A stretch of 64,000 nucleotides of DNA from an uncultured Bacillota bacterium (lineage in GTDB: Bacteria; Sysuimicrobiota; Sysuimicrobiia; Sysuimicrobiales; Segetimicrobiaceae). Each line of letters starts with the position of its first letter. Within the stretch, counting starts at the first letter, position 1. This document shows positions 38,234-47,558 of the stretch, one piece after another. The DNA lies in the NCBI GenBank assembly GCA_963804645.1, contig CAWDRG010000017.1, forward strand, positions 640,001 through 704,000, read 5' to 3'. The position numbers and the translations under genes were made by a program. The notes below the pieces were generated by a model, which saw nothing but the letters and a program-made list of their open reading frames with translations, had not been told where the DNA came from and did no database searches.

Positions 38234-39246
38234 GAGGGACGGAGACGCGCGTGGAGGCGCGGGTGATCGACGACCGCGCGATTCACCAGAAAGCGCGGCG
38301 GCCGGCCGGCGGCGACGTCGAGGATCGCCTGACACGCGCTGCGCCCGACGCCGACGTAGCACTCATCGGTCATGCACAGCGTGTGCGGCGAGAGGATCAC
38401 GTTCGGGAGCCGCAGCAGCGGATCGTGCGGATCGACCGGCTCGGACTCAAACACATCCAGCCCCGCCCCCTGGAGCCTGCCGCCGGCGAGCGCCTCCGTG
38501 AGGGCACGCTGATCCACGATCGGCCCCCGCGCGACGTTGATGAGAAACGCCGTCGGCTTCATCAGCGCGAGCCGCTCGGCGTTGATCAGGTGGGTCGTCT
38601 CGGCGGTCAGCGCGGCGCAGATGCAGACGACGTCGGCGCGCGCGAGGAGCGCCGGCAGGTCCACGAGCTCGACGCCCTCGGGCGCCGCGCTTGGCGCCAG
38701 GTGCGGATCGTACGCGATCCGCGTCATCCGAAACGGCGCGGCGAGCTCGCACACCTGGCGCCCGACGTTGCCGCACCCGATCATCCCGAGCACCCGCCCG
38801 GTCAGGCCCGTGCCGAACTGAAAGGTCTTTTCCCGCCACTCGCCGCGCCGGACCATCTGATCCTGGAGCACCAGCCGGTGGGTCAGCGCCAGCAGCAGGG
38901 TGATCGCGGCCACCGCGACCGACCGGCCGATCCCGTCCGGGGTGATCGTCACGGCGATCCCGCGGCGCGTACAGGCGTCGATGTCGACGGTGTCGTACCC
39001 CACCCCGAAGCGCGCGATGACCGCGAGCTGGTCCGCGCCGTCCAGCCCGTCTTCCGGAATCCGCGAGACCTGATCGAGCAGCGCGTCGCACCCCCGCAGC
39101 TGTCCGGGACGAATCTGGCCGGGCGGCCCCGGCAGCATCTCCCACGTCACCCCGGGCACAGGCACGAGACCGATCCGGGCGAGAAACGCGTCCGGATCGG
39201 CGATCCAGTAGCCTCGGGAAATGCCCACGCGGAACGGTCGGGTCAC
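38230..39246 (-). CDS. D-isomer-specific 2-hydroxyacid dehydrogenase (SerA-like)
   Basis: Motifs RFGVGYD, GCGNVG, YDP, INVARG, LDVFESEP and SPH. Confidence 0.92.
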   Translation of the reverse strand: MTRPFRVGISRGYWIADPDAFLARIGLVPVPGVTWEMLPGPPGQIRPGQLRGCDALLDQVSRIPEDGLDGADQLAVIARFGVGYDTVDIDACTRRGIAVTITPDGIGRSVAVAAITLLLALTHRLVLQDQMVRRGEWREKTFQFGTGLTGRVLGMIGCGNVGRQVCELAAPFRMTRIAYDPHLAPSAAPEGVELVDLPALLARADVVCICAALTAETTHLINAERLALMKPTAFLINVARGPIVDQRALTEALAGGRLQGAGLDVFESEPVDPHDPLLRLPNVILSPHTLCMTDECYVGVGRSACQAILDVAAGRPPRFLVNRAVVDHPRLHARLRPS

Positions 39247-39288
39247 GGCGGCCCTCCTCCTCGCAGAGTCTGACTTCGCCGGCCGGCG

Positions 39289-40707
39289 TCAGTCGTGCGG
39301 CGGCCGGCCGAGCTCGCTTCGGGGCATCGCGGCGAACCGCTGCAGCACCACGGCACTCGCGCGCACGCCGTTGAGGATCGACTCGATCGTCATGCTCTCG
39401 TTCGGTGCGTGGTTGTTCTCATCCGGCGGCGCGTACGTGGTCCAGATCGACGGGATCTTGAGCACGTCGGTAATCAGGTAGTTCGGACTCGATCCGCCGG
39501 TCACCGGGAGCACGACCGGCCGCACGCCGTAGGCCTCGGCCAGGGCATCGACGATGACCCGCGAGACCGGCAGCGCCGTCGACGTCTTCGACGGCCGGGT
39601 GCCATGCAGCTTGCGGACGGTCACGGTTGGGGCGTATCGCTCGACGTGCCGGCGGATCTTCGCGAAGATCTCGTCGGGCTCCTGATGGGAGGCGAGCCGC
39701 GTCTCGAGCTTCGCGAGCGCCCGCGACGGAATGGCCGTCCGGGCGCCCTTCCCCGTGTACCCGCCGGCGATGCCCCCCAGGGTGAGCGTCGGCTGGAACA
39801 TCATCTTCTCGTAGAACGACAGGTCGGAGGGTCCGTCGAACGCGGTGATCCCCAGGTTCGCGGCGACGGCCGCGGCGTCAAACGGCACCTGCAGCATGAG
39901 GGCGCGCTCCTGCGCGGTCGGCGGGACCACACGCTCGTAAAACCCCTCGATGCTGACGCGGCCGTCCGGCAGCCGCATCGTCGCGAGCAGGTCGATCAGC
40001 GTCCAGATCGCGTTGGGCGCGGGGCCGCCCCAAATGCCCGAGTGGAGGTCGCGGTTCGCGCCGACGGCCTCCAGCTCGACCTGCAGCACCCCGCGAAATC
40101 CGAATTTCGCGCTCGGCCGGCCGGAGAGATGCATCGACCCGTCCGGCGCGTAGAACAGATCCGCGCGCAGCAGATCCGCGTGGGCGTCGACGAACGCGGG
40201 CAGGCTCGGACTCCCGCTCTCCTCCTCCCCCTCCACCATGAACTTGATGTGGAGGCGCGGGAGCGCCTCCAACTCCGTCAGCAGCTGGATCGCGAACAGC
40301 GACGCGAGAAACTGTCCCTTGTTGTCCCCGACGCCGCGGCCGTAGATGCGGCCGTCGCGGATCGTCGGTTCAAACGGGGGACTCTGCCACGCTTCGTACG
40401 GCTCCGGCGGCTGCACGTCGTAGTGGCCGTACAGGAGAATCGTGTTCGCGTCGCCGTCGGCACGCCGTTCCGCGTAGACGACGGGGTTGCCCGCGGTCGG
40501 CATGACCTCGGCGTCCATCCCGTGCTCGTGAAAGATGTCCCGGAGCAGCTGGACGCACTCGCGAATCCCGACGCCCTGGCTGCTGATCGATGGCTGACGC
40601 ACGAGCCGGCAGACCGTGTCGACGTACCGGTCGCGCCGGGCGGCGATCGCCCGCGACAGCTCGTCGCGCGCGACCGTCCGGGGCGGGTCGCGCCTCGGCC
40701 GCGCCAT
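39289..40707 (-). CDS. M20 dipeptidase-like metallopeptidase (copy 2)
   Basis: Motifs YGHYDVQP, GRGVGDNKG, EGEEESGS, DLHSG and NNHAPNE. Confidence 0.93.
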   Translation of the reverse strand: MARPRRDPPRTVARDELSRAIAARRDRYVDTVCRLVRQPSISSQGVGIRECVQLLRDIFHEHGMDAEVMPTAGNPVVYAERRADGDANTILLYGHYDVQPPEPYEAWQSPPFEPTIRDGRIYGRGVGDNKGQFLASLFAIQLLTELEALPRLHIKFMVEGEEESGSPSLPAFVDAHADLLRADLFYAPDGSMHLSGRPSAKFGFRGVLQVELEAVGANRDLHSGIWGGPAPNAIWTLIDLLATMRLPDGRVSIEGFYERVVPPTAQERALMLQVPFDAAAVAANLGITAFDGPSDLSFYEKMMFQPTLTLGGIAGGYTGKGARTAIPSRALAKLETRLASHQEPDEIFAKIRRHVERYAPTVTVRKLHGTRPSKTSTALPVSRVIVDALAEAYGVRPVVLPVTGGSSPNYLITDVLKIPSIWTTYAPPDENNHAPNESMTIESILNGVRASAVVLQRFAAMPRSELGRPPHD

Positions 40708-40741
40708 CAGGGCCGCGCGCCGCCCCCCGCACGCGGGCGCG

Positions 40742-42130
40742 TCACGCGTGCGGGGGGCGCCCGAGATCGCTGCGGGGCATCTCGGCGAAGCGCTGCAGCA
40801 CGGTGGCGCTCGCGCGCACCCCGTGGAGAATCGAGTCGATCGTCATGTTCTCGTTCGGCGCGTGGTTGTTCTCGTCCGGCGGCCCGTAGGTCGTCCAGAT
40901 CGACGGGATCTTGAGCACGTCGGTGATGAGATAGTTCGGGCTCGATCCGCCGGTGAGGGGCACGACGACCGCGGGCACGCCGTAGGCCTCGCTCAGCGCC
41001 TCGACGACCACGCGCGACACCGGAAGCTCGGGCGAGGTCTTGGACGGCCGGGTGCCGTGCAGCTTGCGGACCGCGACGTCGGGGGCGTACCGCTCGACGT
41101 GCCGGCGGATCTTGCCGAAGATCTCGTCGGGATCCTGGTGCGCGGCGAGCCGGCACTCCAGCTTGGCGAGCGCCGTGGACGGGATCGCCGTCCGGGCGCC
41201 CTTGCCCGTGTATCCGCCGATGATGCCGCCGAGGTTGAACGTCGGCTGAAACATCACCTGCTCGTAGTAATACAGGTCGCGCGGCCCGGCGAACTCCGTG
41301 ATGCCGAGGTTCGCCTTCACCGCCTCCGCGTCGAACGGGACCTCGAGCATGAGCGTCCGTTCGTGCGGGGTCGGCGGCACCACCCGCTCGTAGAATCCCT
41401 CGATCGTGACGCGGCCGTCGGGAAAGCGCATCGTCTTGAGCAAGTCCACGAGCTTCCAGATCGCGTTCGGCACCGGGCCGCCCCAGATGCCCGAGTGGAG
41501 GTCTCGGTTCGCGCCCTTGGCTTCCAGCTCGACCTGGAGCACGCCGCGGAATCCGAACTGTGCGATCGGCCGGTTCAGGATATGCATCGGCCCGTCGGGC
41601 GCGTAGAACAGATCCGCCCGGAGCATCTCGGCGTGCTGCTCGACGAACGCGGGCAGGCTGGGACTCCCGCTCTCTTCCTCGCCCTCGAAGATGAACTTGA
41701 TGTTCACGCGCGGGAGCGCCCCGAGATCCGTCAGCAGCTTGATCGCGAACAGCGAGGCGAGAAACTGCCCTTTGTTGTCCCCCACCCCGCGGCCGTAGAT
41801 GCGGCCGTCGCGGATCGTCGGCTCAAACGGCGGGCTGAGCCACGCCTCGTACGGTTCCGGCGGCTGCGTATCGTAGTGGCCGTACAGCAGGATCGTGTTC
41901 GCATCGTCGCCCGCGCGCCGCTCGGCGAACACCACGGGATTGCCCGACGTGGACATGATCTCGGCGCTCATCCCATGCGCCCGGACGATCTCGCGGAGCA
42001 GAGCCGCGCACTCGTGAATGCCGACGCTCTGGCTGCTTACGGACGGCTGGCGCGCCAGGCGGCAGACCGTCTCGACGTACGCGTCGCGCCGGTTGACGAT
42101 CTCCGTCCACAGCTCGCGGCTCCCGACCAT
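40742..42130 (-). CDS. M20 dipeptidase-like metallopeptidase (copy 1)
   Basis: Motifs YGHYDTQP, GRGVGDNKG, EGEEESGS, DLHSG and NNHAPNE. Near-collinear with 39289-40707. Confidence 0.93.
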   Translation of the reverse strand: MVGSRELWTEIVNRRDAYVETVCRLARQPSVSSQSVGIHECAALLREIVRAHGMSAEIMSTSGNPVVFAERRAGDDANTILLYGHYDTQPPEPYEAWLSPPFEPTIRDGRIYGRGVGDNKGQFLASLFAIKLLTDLGALPRVNIKFIFEGEEESGSPSLPAFVEQHAEMLRADLFYAPDGPMHILNRPIAQFGFRGVLQVELEAKGANRDLHSGIWGGPVPNAIWKLVDLLKTMRFPDGRVTIEGFYERVVPPTPHERTLMLEVPFDAEAVKANLGITEFAGPRDLYYYEQVMFQPTFNLGGIIGGYTGKGARTAIPSTALAKLECRLAAHQDPDEIFGKIRRHVERYAPDVAVRKLHGTRPSKTSPELPVSRVVVEALSEAYGVPAVVVPLTGGSSPNYLITDVLKIPSIWTTYGPPDENNHAPNENMTIDSILHGVRASATVLQRFAEMPRSDLGRPPHA

Positions 42131-42145
42131 CCCGCGGCCCCCAGC

Positions 42146-43939
42146 CTACCGCGACTCGAGGCTCGCGGTCAGCGCGCGGACCCCGAGATACGCCCGGGAA
42201 AGCGCAAACGCGATCCGGTTTCGCTCGCGGACCAGCCGCGTGTGCAGAAACTCGTACGCGTCGGTGCCGGGCTCGACCGCGGGCAGCGACGACGCGGCGC
42301 GCAGTCCCGGGATCGGCGGGAGACTCACCGCGAGGTCCTGATCGAACGGGCTCGTTGACGTGAAGTCAATCGGCACCAACCACCGGCTGAGATCCATCAG
42401 GCCTCGGTTGATCCGAGCGGCGATCCGGGGGCTCGGCTTGCCCCCGGCCCGGATCGCGTCGATCTTCCCGTACAGGACGCCGACCGCGGCGGCAAGCGCG
42501 TCGGCCTGCACGGTCGCCGGCTCCAGGTTCAGCCGGCCCTCGGTCCCGGCTTCGATCCCGCGGAGCGCGGTCCGCAGCTCATCGACCGCCACCCGATAGT
42601 CCAGCGGCAGCAGCGGTGCTGTGCACAGCCGGTACATCGCCAGCACGTAGATCGCCGCGTCGCGCACCAGAAAGTCCCGATCGATCTTGTCGAGCGTGTC
42701 GTCCGGTGTGTGCCACCACCAGGCGTGCCCCCCGCTCCCGCTCGAGGACCCCGCCGCCTGGCCCCCGGTCCCGCGCGCCGCCTCGTACGACGGGCCCTGC
42801 GTGGACAGGGTCATGAACAGCGACGGCACCCCGTGTCCCCAAAACGATTGGTCGCCGGCCCGGCTGAACCAGCGGGGGGTGAGCTGCTGGCCGCAGATCG
42901 TCTCGACGACCTCGCTCCCGAACGGCCGCAGCTCCGCCATGGCATACGCGTTGGACACCAGCGTCGCGCCCTGCTCCCCGAGCGAATCGACGTTGACGTG
43001 CACCGCGCAGCCGTCGTGGATCTCCTGCCAGAACTGATCGGCGTACCACGCGGATCCCGCGTAGCGCGCGTGGGAGTGCCCGGACCAGAACGCCACCCGC
43101 AGTCCGCGCCGAAGGGCCCCCCGCCGCCGGGCCATCACGTACGCGACTTCCATCATCCCCGCGTTCGCGGTCCCGTTGTCGATCGCGCCGTAATACCATG
43201 AGTCGACGTGCCCGCTGAGCAGCACAAACGTCTCGGCGTCCGGGCCGGAGCGCGTCGGGCGAAGCTCGCCGACCACGATCGGCAGCTGGTTCCACGCGCG
43301 GTAGACCCGCGTCGTCATGCGCACGCGCGCCGCGCCTCCGCGCGCCGCCTCGATGAGCTGCGTACCTTCGTCCTGTTTGACCGAGACCGACGGCGTCCGG
43401 GGCAGCAGCGGCGCGGTCTCGGGCGTGGGCGTCCCCCACACCGGGGACAGGATGCGTTCGTGCAGGTGGGTGCCCGCGATCCAGACCGAGCCGGCGACGC
43501 CCGCCCGCTCGACCGCCAGGTTGCGCTCGGGGGAGATCACCCCGTCGACGAGCGCGATCTTCCCGCGCACGTCCGCCGCGCGCAGCTCGTCCGCGGTGCC
43601 CCGTCCAACGTAGACGAGCGGCCCGTCAAGACCGTCGGTCCCGGTGGACGCGGCGAACGCGTGGGTGGCGCACGGCAGCTCGACCGTGCGGCCGTCGCCA
43701 GACGTCAACATCAGGCTGGCGGACTCGGGCCAGGAGACGAGGGCCGGGTGCAGGTAGCGCGTGACGTCGTACCCAATCCGCCGCAGTTCTCCCTCGATCC
43801 AATCGAACGCATTCGCTTCGTCCGGCGTCCCCGACAGGCGCACCCACCGCGCGATCGCGCGCGTGGACGCCACCAGCCGCTTTCCCGACACGGCGTTGAC
43901 GACGGCCTGGTCTTGCTTCTGCGAGGGACTAACGCTCAT
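42146..43939 (-). CDS. M28-family peptidase-like protein with PA domain
   Basis: PA domain (LVYVGRG, DVRGKIAL); motifs GHVDSW, GAIDNG, WSGHSH, NVDS and WWHTPDDT. ATG 43939 chosen from GAGGTG spacing. Confidence 0.85.
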   Translation of the reverse strand: MSVSPSQKQDQAVVNAVSGKRLVASTRAIARWVRLSGTPDEANAFDWIEGELRRIGYDVTRYLHPALVSWPESASLMLTSGDGRTVELPCATHAFAASTGTDGLDGPLVYVGRGTADELRAADVRGKIALVDGVISPERNLAVERAGVAGSVWIAGTHLHERILSPVWGTPTPETAPLLPRTPSVSVKQDEGTQLIEAARGGAARVRMTTRVYRAWNQLPIVVGELRPTRSGPDAETFVLLSGHVDSWYYGAIDNGTANAGMMEVAYVMARRRGALRRGLRVAFWSGHSHARYAGSAWYADQFWQEIHDGCAVHVNVDSLGEQGATLVSNAYAMAELRPFGSEVVETICGQQLTPRWFSRAGDQSFWGHGVPSLFMTLSTQGPSYEAARGTGGQAAGSSSGSGGHAWWWHTPDDTLDKIDRDFLVRDAAIYVLAMYRLCTAPLLPLDYRVAVDELRTALRGIEAGTEGRLNLEPATVQADALAAAVGVLYGKIDAIRAGGKPSPRIAARINRGLMDLSRWLVPIDFTSTSPFDQDLAVSLPPIPGLRAASSLPAVEPGTDAYEFLHTRLVRERNRIAFALSRAYLGVRALTASLESR

Positions 43940-43995
43940 TCCGGTCACCTCTCCTCATGGCCCCCGCGCCCGCCGCTCGGGCGGCCGCGGCGCTG

Positions 43996-44982
43996 TCAGT
44001 TCGCTGCTTCGCGGTGCACGGAGCGCGCGATCGCGCCGCGCGCCGCCTCCATGACCTGGATCGTCCGCTCCAGCGCGGGCAGCGCGTCGGGCACCGCCGC
44101 GGGCTCCGCGATGCCGGCGGCCAGCTCGGCGACCATCGAGAGAATCGGCGCGTCGACCCAGGGGTACGGCGTCGAGCCCTCGTCGCGGTAGACGCGGACC
44201 GCCGTGCGGTACGGATCGACGTGGATCGCATCGCCGGTGCCGACGAGTTCGATCTCGACGTCCGCCACGCTGGTCGAGAGCGACCGCGGGAGGCACCGGG
44301 ACAGCTCGACCGTCGCCAGCACGTCGCCGCCAAACCGGAGGAGGAGGACCACGGAGTCCGGCTCCGGCCCCCCGTCGAACAAGCTCCCCGCCAGCGCCTG
44401 CACGCGGACCACCGGCGCGGCGCACGCGGCCGCGAGAAAATCCGCGACCTCCCAGCCGAACCGGTCGAGCACGCCCCGCGGATCGGGGGCGAGATCGGGG
44501 CGCGGGAGCCGAACGGCGATGTACACGGTCTGCAGCGCACCGAGGCCGCCGTCGGCAACCGCCGCGAGCGCGGTGCGTCCGCCCGGCGTGTGTCGCAGCG
44601 CGCCGCCGGTTACCAGCACGCCGCCGCCCCGCCGGCGCGCGTCGGCGATGCGGCCGAGTTCGTCCGTGTTCTCGGCCGCGGGAGCCGGGCACAGCACGGC
44701 CTTCCCGGCCGACAGCGCCGCCGCCACGATGGCGGGCCGCGCCCGGTCCGGGGTCAGCACCAGGATCCCGCGCAGCGCGGGGTCTCGGACGACCGCGTCC
44801 CAGTCGGCCGAAAACGGCACGCCGAGGCCCTCGGCCAGCGCGGACGCGGCCGCGCGGTCCCGGGAGTCGCCGCCTGCGGCCCACCGCGCGATCCGCGCCT
44901 GCGGCAGCGGCACCCCGTGATCCGCGAGCACCGCGGCGTGCGCGCCGCCGCCGACCACGCCGAGTGGAATCAGCGGCTTCAT
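43996..44982 (-). CDS. Divergent Gfo/Idh/MocA-family protein
   Basis: ATG 44982 is coupled to the upstream TGA. Gfo-like N-terminus (ALSAGKAVLCPAP) and C-terminal helix; the EKP motif is missing. Confidence 0.75.
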   Translation of the reverse strand: MKPLIPLGVVGGGAHAAVLADHGVPLPQARIARWAAGGDSRDRAAASALAEGLGVPFSADWDAVVRDPALRGILVLTPDRARPAIVAAALSAGKAVLCPAPAAENTDELGRIADARRRGGGVLVTGGALRHTPGGRTALAAVADGGLGALQTVYIAVRLPRPDLAPDPRGVLDRFGWEVADFLAAACAAPVVRVQALAGSLFDGGPEPDSVVLLLRFGGDVLATVELSRCLPRSLSTSVADVEIELVGTGDAIHVDPYRTAVRVYRDEGSTPYPWVDAPILSMVAELAAGIAEPAAVPDALPALERTIQVMEAARGAIARSVHREAAN

Positions 44983-46025
44983 GCGCGCGCTCCGGCGAGC
45001 CGCACGGTCTCGCCGGTCCTGGCCGACTCGGATGCGGCCAGCGCCAGCTCGAGTGCGGCGCGCGCTTCGGTCGCCGGCATCGGCAGCGGCGCGCGCCCTT
45101 CGACCGCGTCCAGAAACGCCGCCCACTCGCGCGTGTAGGCCGCCGAGTTGTGCAGCAGCACCTCGCGGATCGCGGGGAACTCGGCGCCCGTCTCTGCGTA
45201 CCGCGTCACCGGCGCGAGCTCGAGGTCCTTCGCGCGGATCGCGCCGCGGCTGCCGTAGACTTCGCACTGATGGAACGCGGGGTAGCTCTGCGGAAGGTTG
45301 TTGTGGACCTCCGCGGACGCGATCGCGCCGTTGGCAAACCGGATCGTGATCGTGATGAAATCGGGCGCGCCCTTGGTGTTGGTCGCCACCGTCACCCGGT
45401 GTTCCGCGAGCACGGCGACCGCCTGGCCGCCGGTAAACCAGCGCAGCAGGTCCATCTCGTGCACCCCGTTGGACAGGACCGCGCCGTGCGAGAGCGTGGG
45501 GTTCCCGCTCCAGTGCTCCGGGGTGTAGTAGCGCGTATGTCCGGCTTGGGGACGCGGGCGCCGCTCGTTTTCGCGGACCAGCCGGACCGTGCCGACGTCC
45601 CCGCGGTCGATGGCCGCCCGGACTTCCATGTACCGACGCGTGAAGCGCCGGCTGTGCGCGACCATGAACAGCACGCCGGCCCGCTGGCAGGCGCCGAGCA
45701 TCGCGTCCGCCTCGGCGAGCGAGTTGGCCATCGGCTTTTCGCAGAGCACGTGCCGGCCGGCCGCGGCGGCCGCCTCGACCTGCGCCTGGTGGGCGAACTC
45801 CGGGGTCGCGATCATGACCGCGTCGAGGTCGTCGCGGCGCAGCATCTCGCGATAGTCGACGTACGCCGCCGCACCCCACGGCGCGGCGGCCTTCTCGGCG
45901 AGGTCGCGATTCAAGTCGGCCGCGGCCACGAGCGTCACGCGGTCCCTCAGCGTGCGCATCGCGGGCAGGTGGGCCCGCATGGCGATTCCGCCGCAGCCGA
46001 TCAAGCCCATCCGCACCAACGACAT
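44979..46025 (-). CDS. Gfo/Idh/MocA-family NAD(P)-dependent oxidoreductase
   Basis: Motifs GLIGCGGI, DAVMIATP, HVLCEKP, HSRRF and GVHEMD. Confidence 0.92.
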   Translation of the reverse strand: MSLVRMGLIGCGGIAMRAHLPAMRTLRDRVTLVAAADLNRDLAEKAAAPWGAAAYVDYREMLRRDDLDAVMIATPEFAHQAQVEAAAAAGRHVLCEKPMANSLAEADAMLGACQRAGVLFMVAHSRRFTRRYMEVRAAIDRGDVGTVRLVRENERRPRPQAGHTRYYTPEHWSGNPTLSHGAVLSNGVHEMDLLRWFTGGQAVAVLAEHRVTVATNTKGAPDFITITIRFANGAIASAEVHNNLPQSYPAFHQCEVYGSRGAIRAKDLELAPVTRYAETGAEFPAIREVLLHNSAAYTREWAAFLDAVEGRAPLPMPATEARAALELALAASESARTGETVRLAGARA

Positions 46026-46396
46026 CGGGGTCCCCCCGCGGCGCCGCACTCGACCGGCGCGCACACATGATCGAACGCCGCCGACGGGCGGCCAACCACC
46101 GCCGCCTGATCACTCCGTGACCGCGCGCAGAGGCCCCGGGCATGGACGTCCCTCGACGGGGCGAAGAAGACCGCGGCGATGCGAGACGAGGTCGGCTGGC
46201 GATCGTATTCTGCCGCCGTATTCTGCGGAGGCCGAACGTTTCCTCCAGCGCCGCGGCGCGCGCGCAGGAAGGCGGCGCACGCACGCCAAACTATCGGGCG
46301 GGTTCCCGCAGGACTGGACGCGCGCGCGCTTCCCCCGCCCGGCACCGCGCGAGTCTCCCGCCACCCGCAACGGATGCAGACGGCCGAGGTGCAGTG

Positions 46397-47542
46397 ATGA
46401 GGATCAAACACATTGAGGGCGTGCACGTGCGGGTCCCGCTCGGTACGCCGTACCACAATGCGCGCGGGCAGATGGACGCGTTCGACAGCGTGATCGTGCG
46501 GGTCGAAACGGACGACGGCCTGGTCGGCTATGGGGAGAGCGTACCCTTCAACTTCAGCGCGACCGATCCGAGAGCGGAGCTGGGCGACGCCCGCGTGCAG
46601 GCGCGGCTCATCAACGGCCCGATCGCATCCGCGCTCCAGGGCGCCGACCCGCTCGACATCGAGGCGCTCGTCACGCGGGCCGCGGATCTCGCCGGACCGA
46701 ACGTCGACGCGATCGGCGGGGTGGATCTGGCCCTGTGGGATCTCATGGGAAAATCCCTCGGCCAGCCGGTGTATCGCCTACTCGGCGGCGTCTGCCAGGA
46801 TCCGATCCCCGTCGACTTCACGATCGGCGCGCGGTCCCCGGCCGAGACCGCGGCGTTTGCCTTGGAGGTCCACCGCGACGGGTTCCAGGGGGTGGTCGTC
46901 AAAGTCCCGTGCCGGTCGATCGACGAGGACGTGGAGCGCGTGCGGGCCGTCCGGAACGCCCTGCCGCCGCACTGCACCATCCGGGTCGACTGCAACACCG
47001 GCCACACCCGCGACGGCGCGATCGCGTTCATCCGACGCATCGCGGAGTTCAACATCGAGTTCGTCGAGCAGCCGGTCGCGGCGGACGATCTTGAGGGGCT
47101 CCGGCTGTGCCGGGCGGTCGGGGTGCCGATCAGCGCGGACGAGAGCCTGAACACCCTGCGCGATGCGATCGAACTGGTCAAGCAGGATGCGTGCGACATC
47201 ATGAACATCAAGGTCCCGAAGGTGGGAGGCCTGCTCTTTTCGAAGCGCGTCGCGGCGATCGCCGCCGCGGCCGGCATGCCCGTGGTCATCGGCGGACGCA
47301 CGACGCTCGAACCGTGCAGGGCCGCGAGCCGGCACTTCGCCACGTCGACACCCGTGACCACCGGGAGAGCGCACGAAGGACCGGGGCCGGCGTCCCAAGG
47401 TCTCAGCGGCGATGTCGTCACGGACCAGACCACGCGCCAGACGGTCCGGGAGCATGGGGGGTACGTCCGGGTCAGTCAGACGCCGGGGCTCGGCGTCGAG
47501 GTGCTGTGGGACAAAGTCGCCGCGTACGCGGTCCCGGCGTAA
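46397..47542 (+). CDS. Enolase-superfamily protein, MLE subgroup (putative racemase/epimerase)
   Basis: GAGGTG RBS. Motifs GYGE, DLALWDL, VVKV, RVDCN, FVEQP, SADES, NIKVPKVGG and PGLG. Confidence 0.9.
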   Translation: MRIKHIEGVHVRVPLGTPYHNARGQMDAFDSVIVRVETDDGLVGYGESVPFNFSATDPRAELGDARVQARLINGPIASALQGADPLDIEALVTRAADLAGPNVDAIGGVDLALWDLMGKSLGQPVYRLLGGVCQDPIPVDFTIGARSPAETAAFALEVHRDGFQGVVVKVPCRSIDEDVERVRAVRNALPPHCTIRVDCNTGHTRDGAIAFIRRIAEFNIEFVEQPVAADDLEGLRLCRAVGVPISADESLNTLRDAIELVKQDACDIMNIKVPKVGGLLFSKRVAAIAAAAGMPVVIGGRTTLEPCRAASRHFATSTPVTTGRAHEGPGPASQGLSGDVVTDQTTRQTVREHGGYVRVSQTPGLGVEVLWDKVAAYAVPA

Positions 47543-47558
47543 TCCGCACCGCCTCGCC

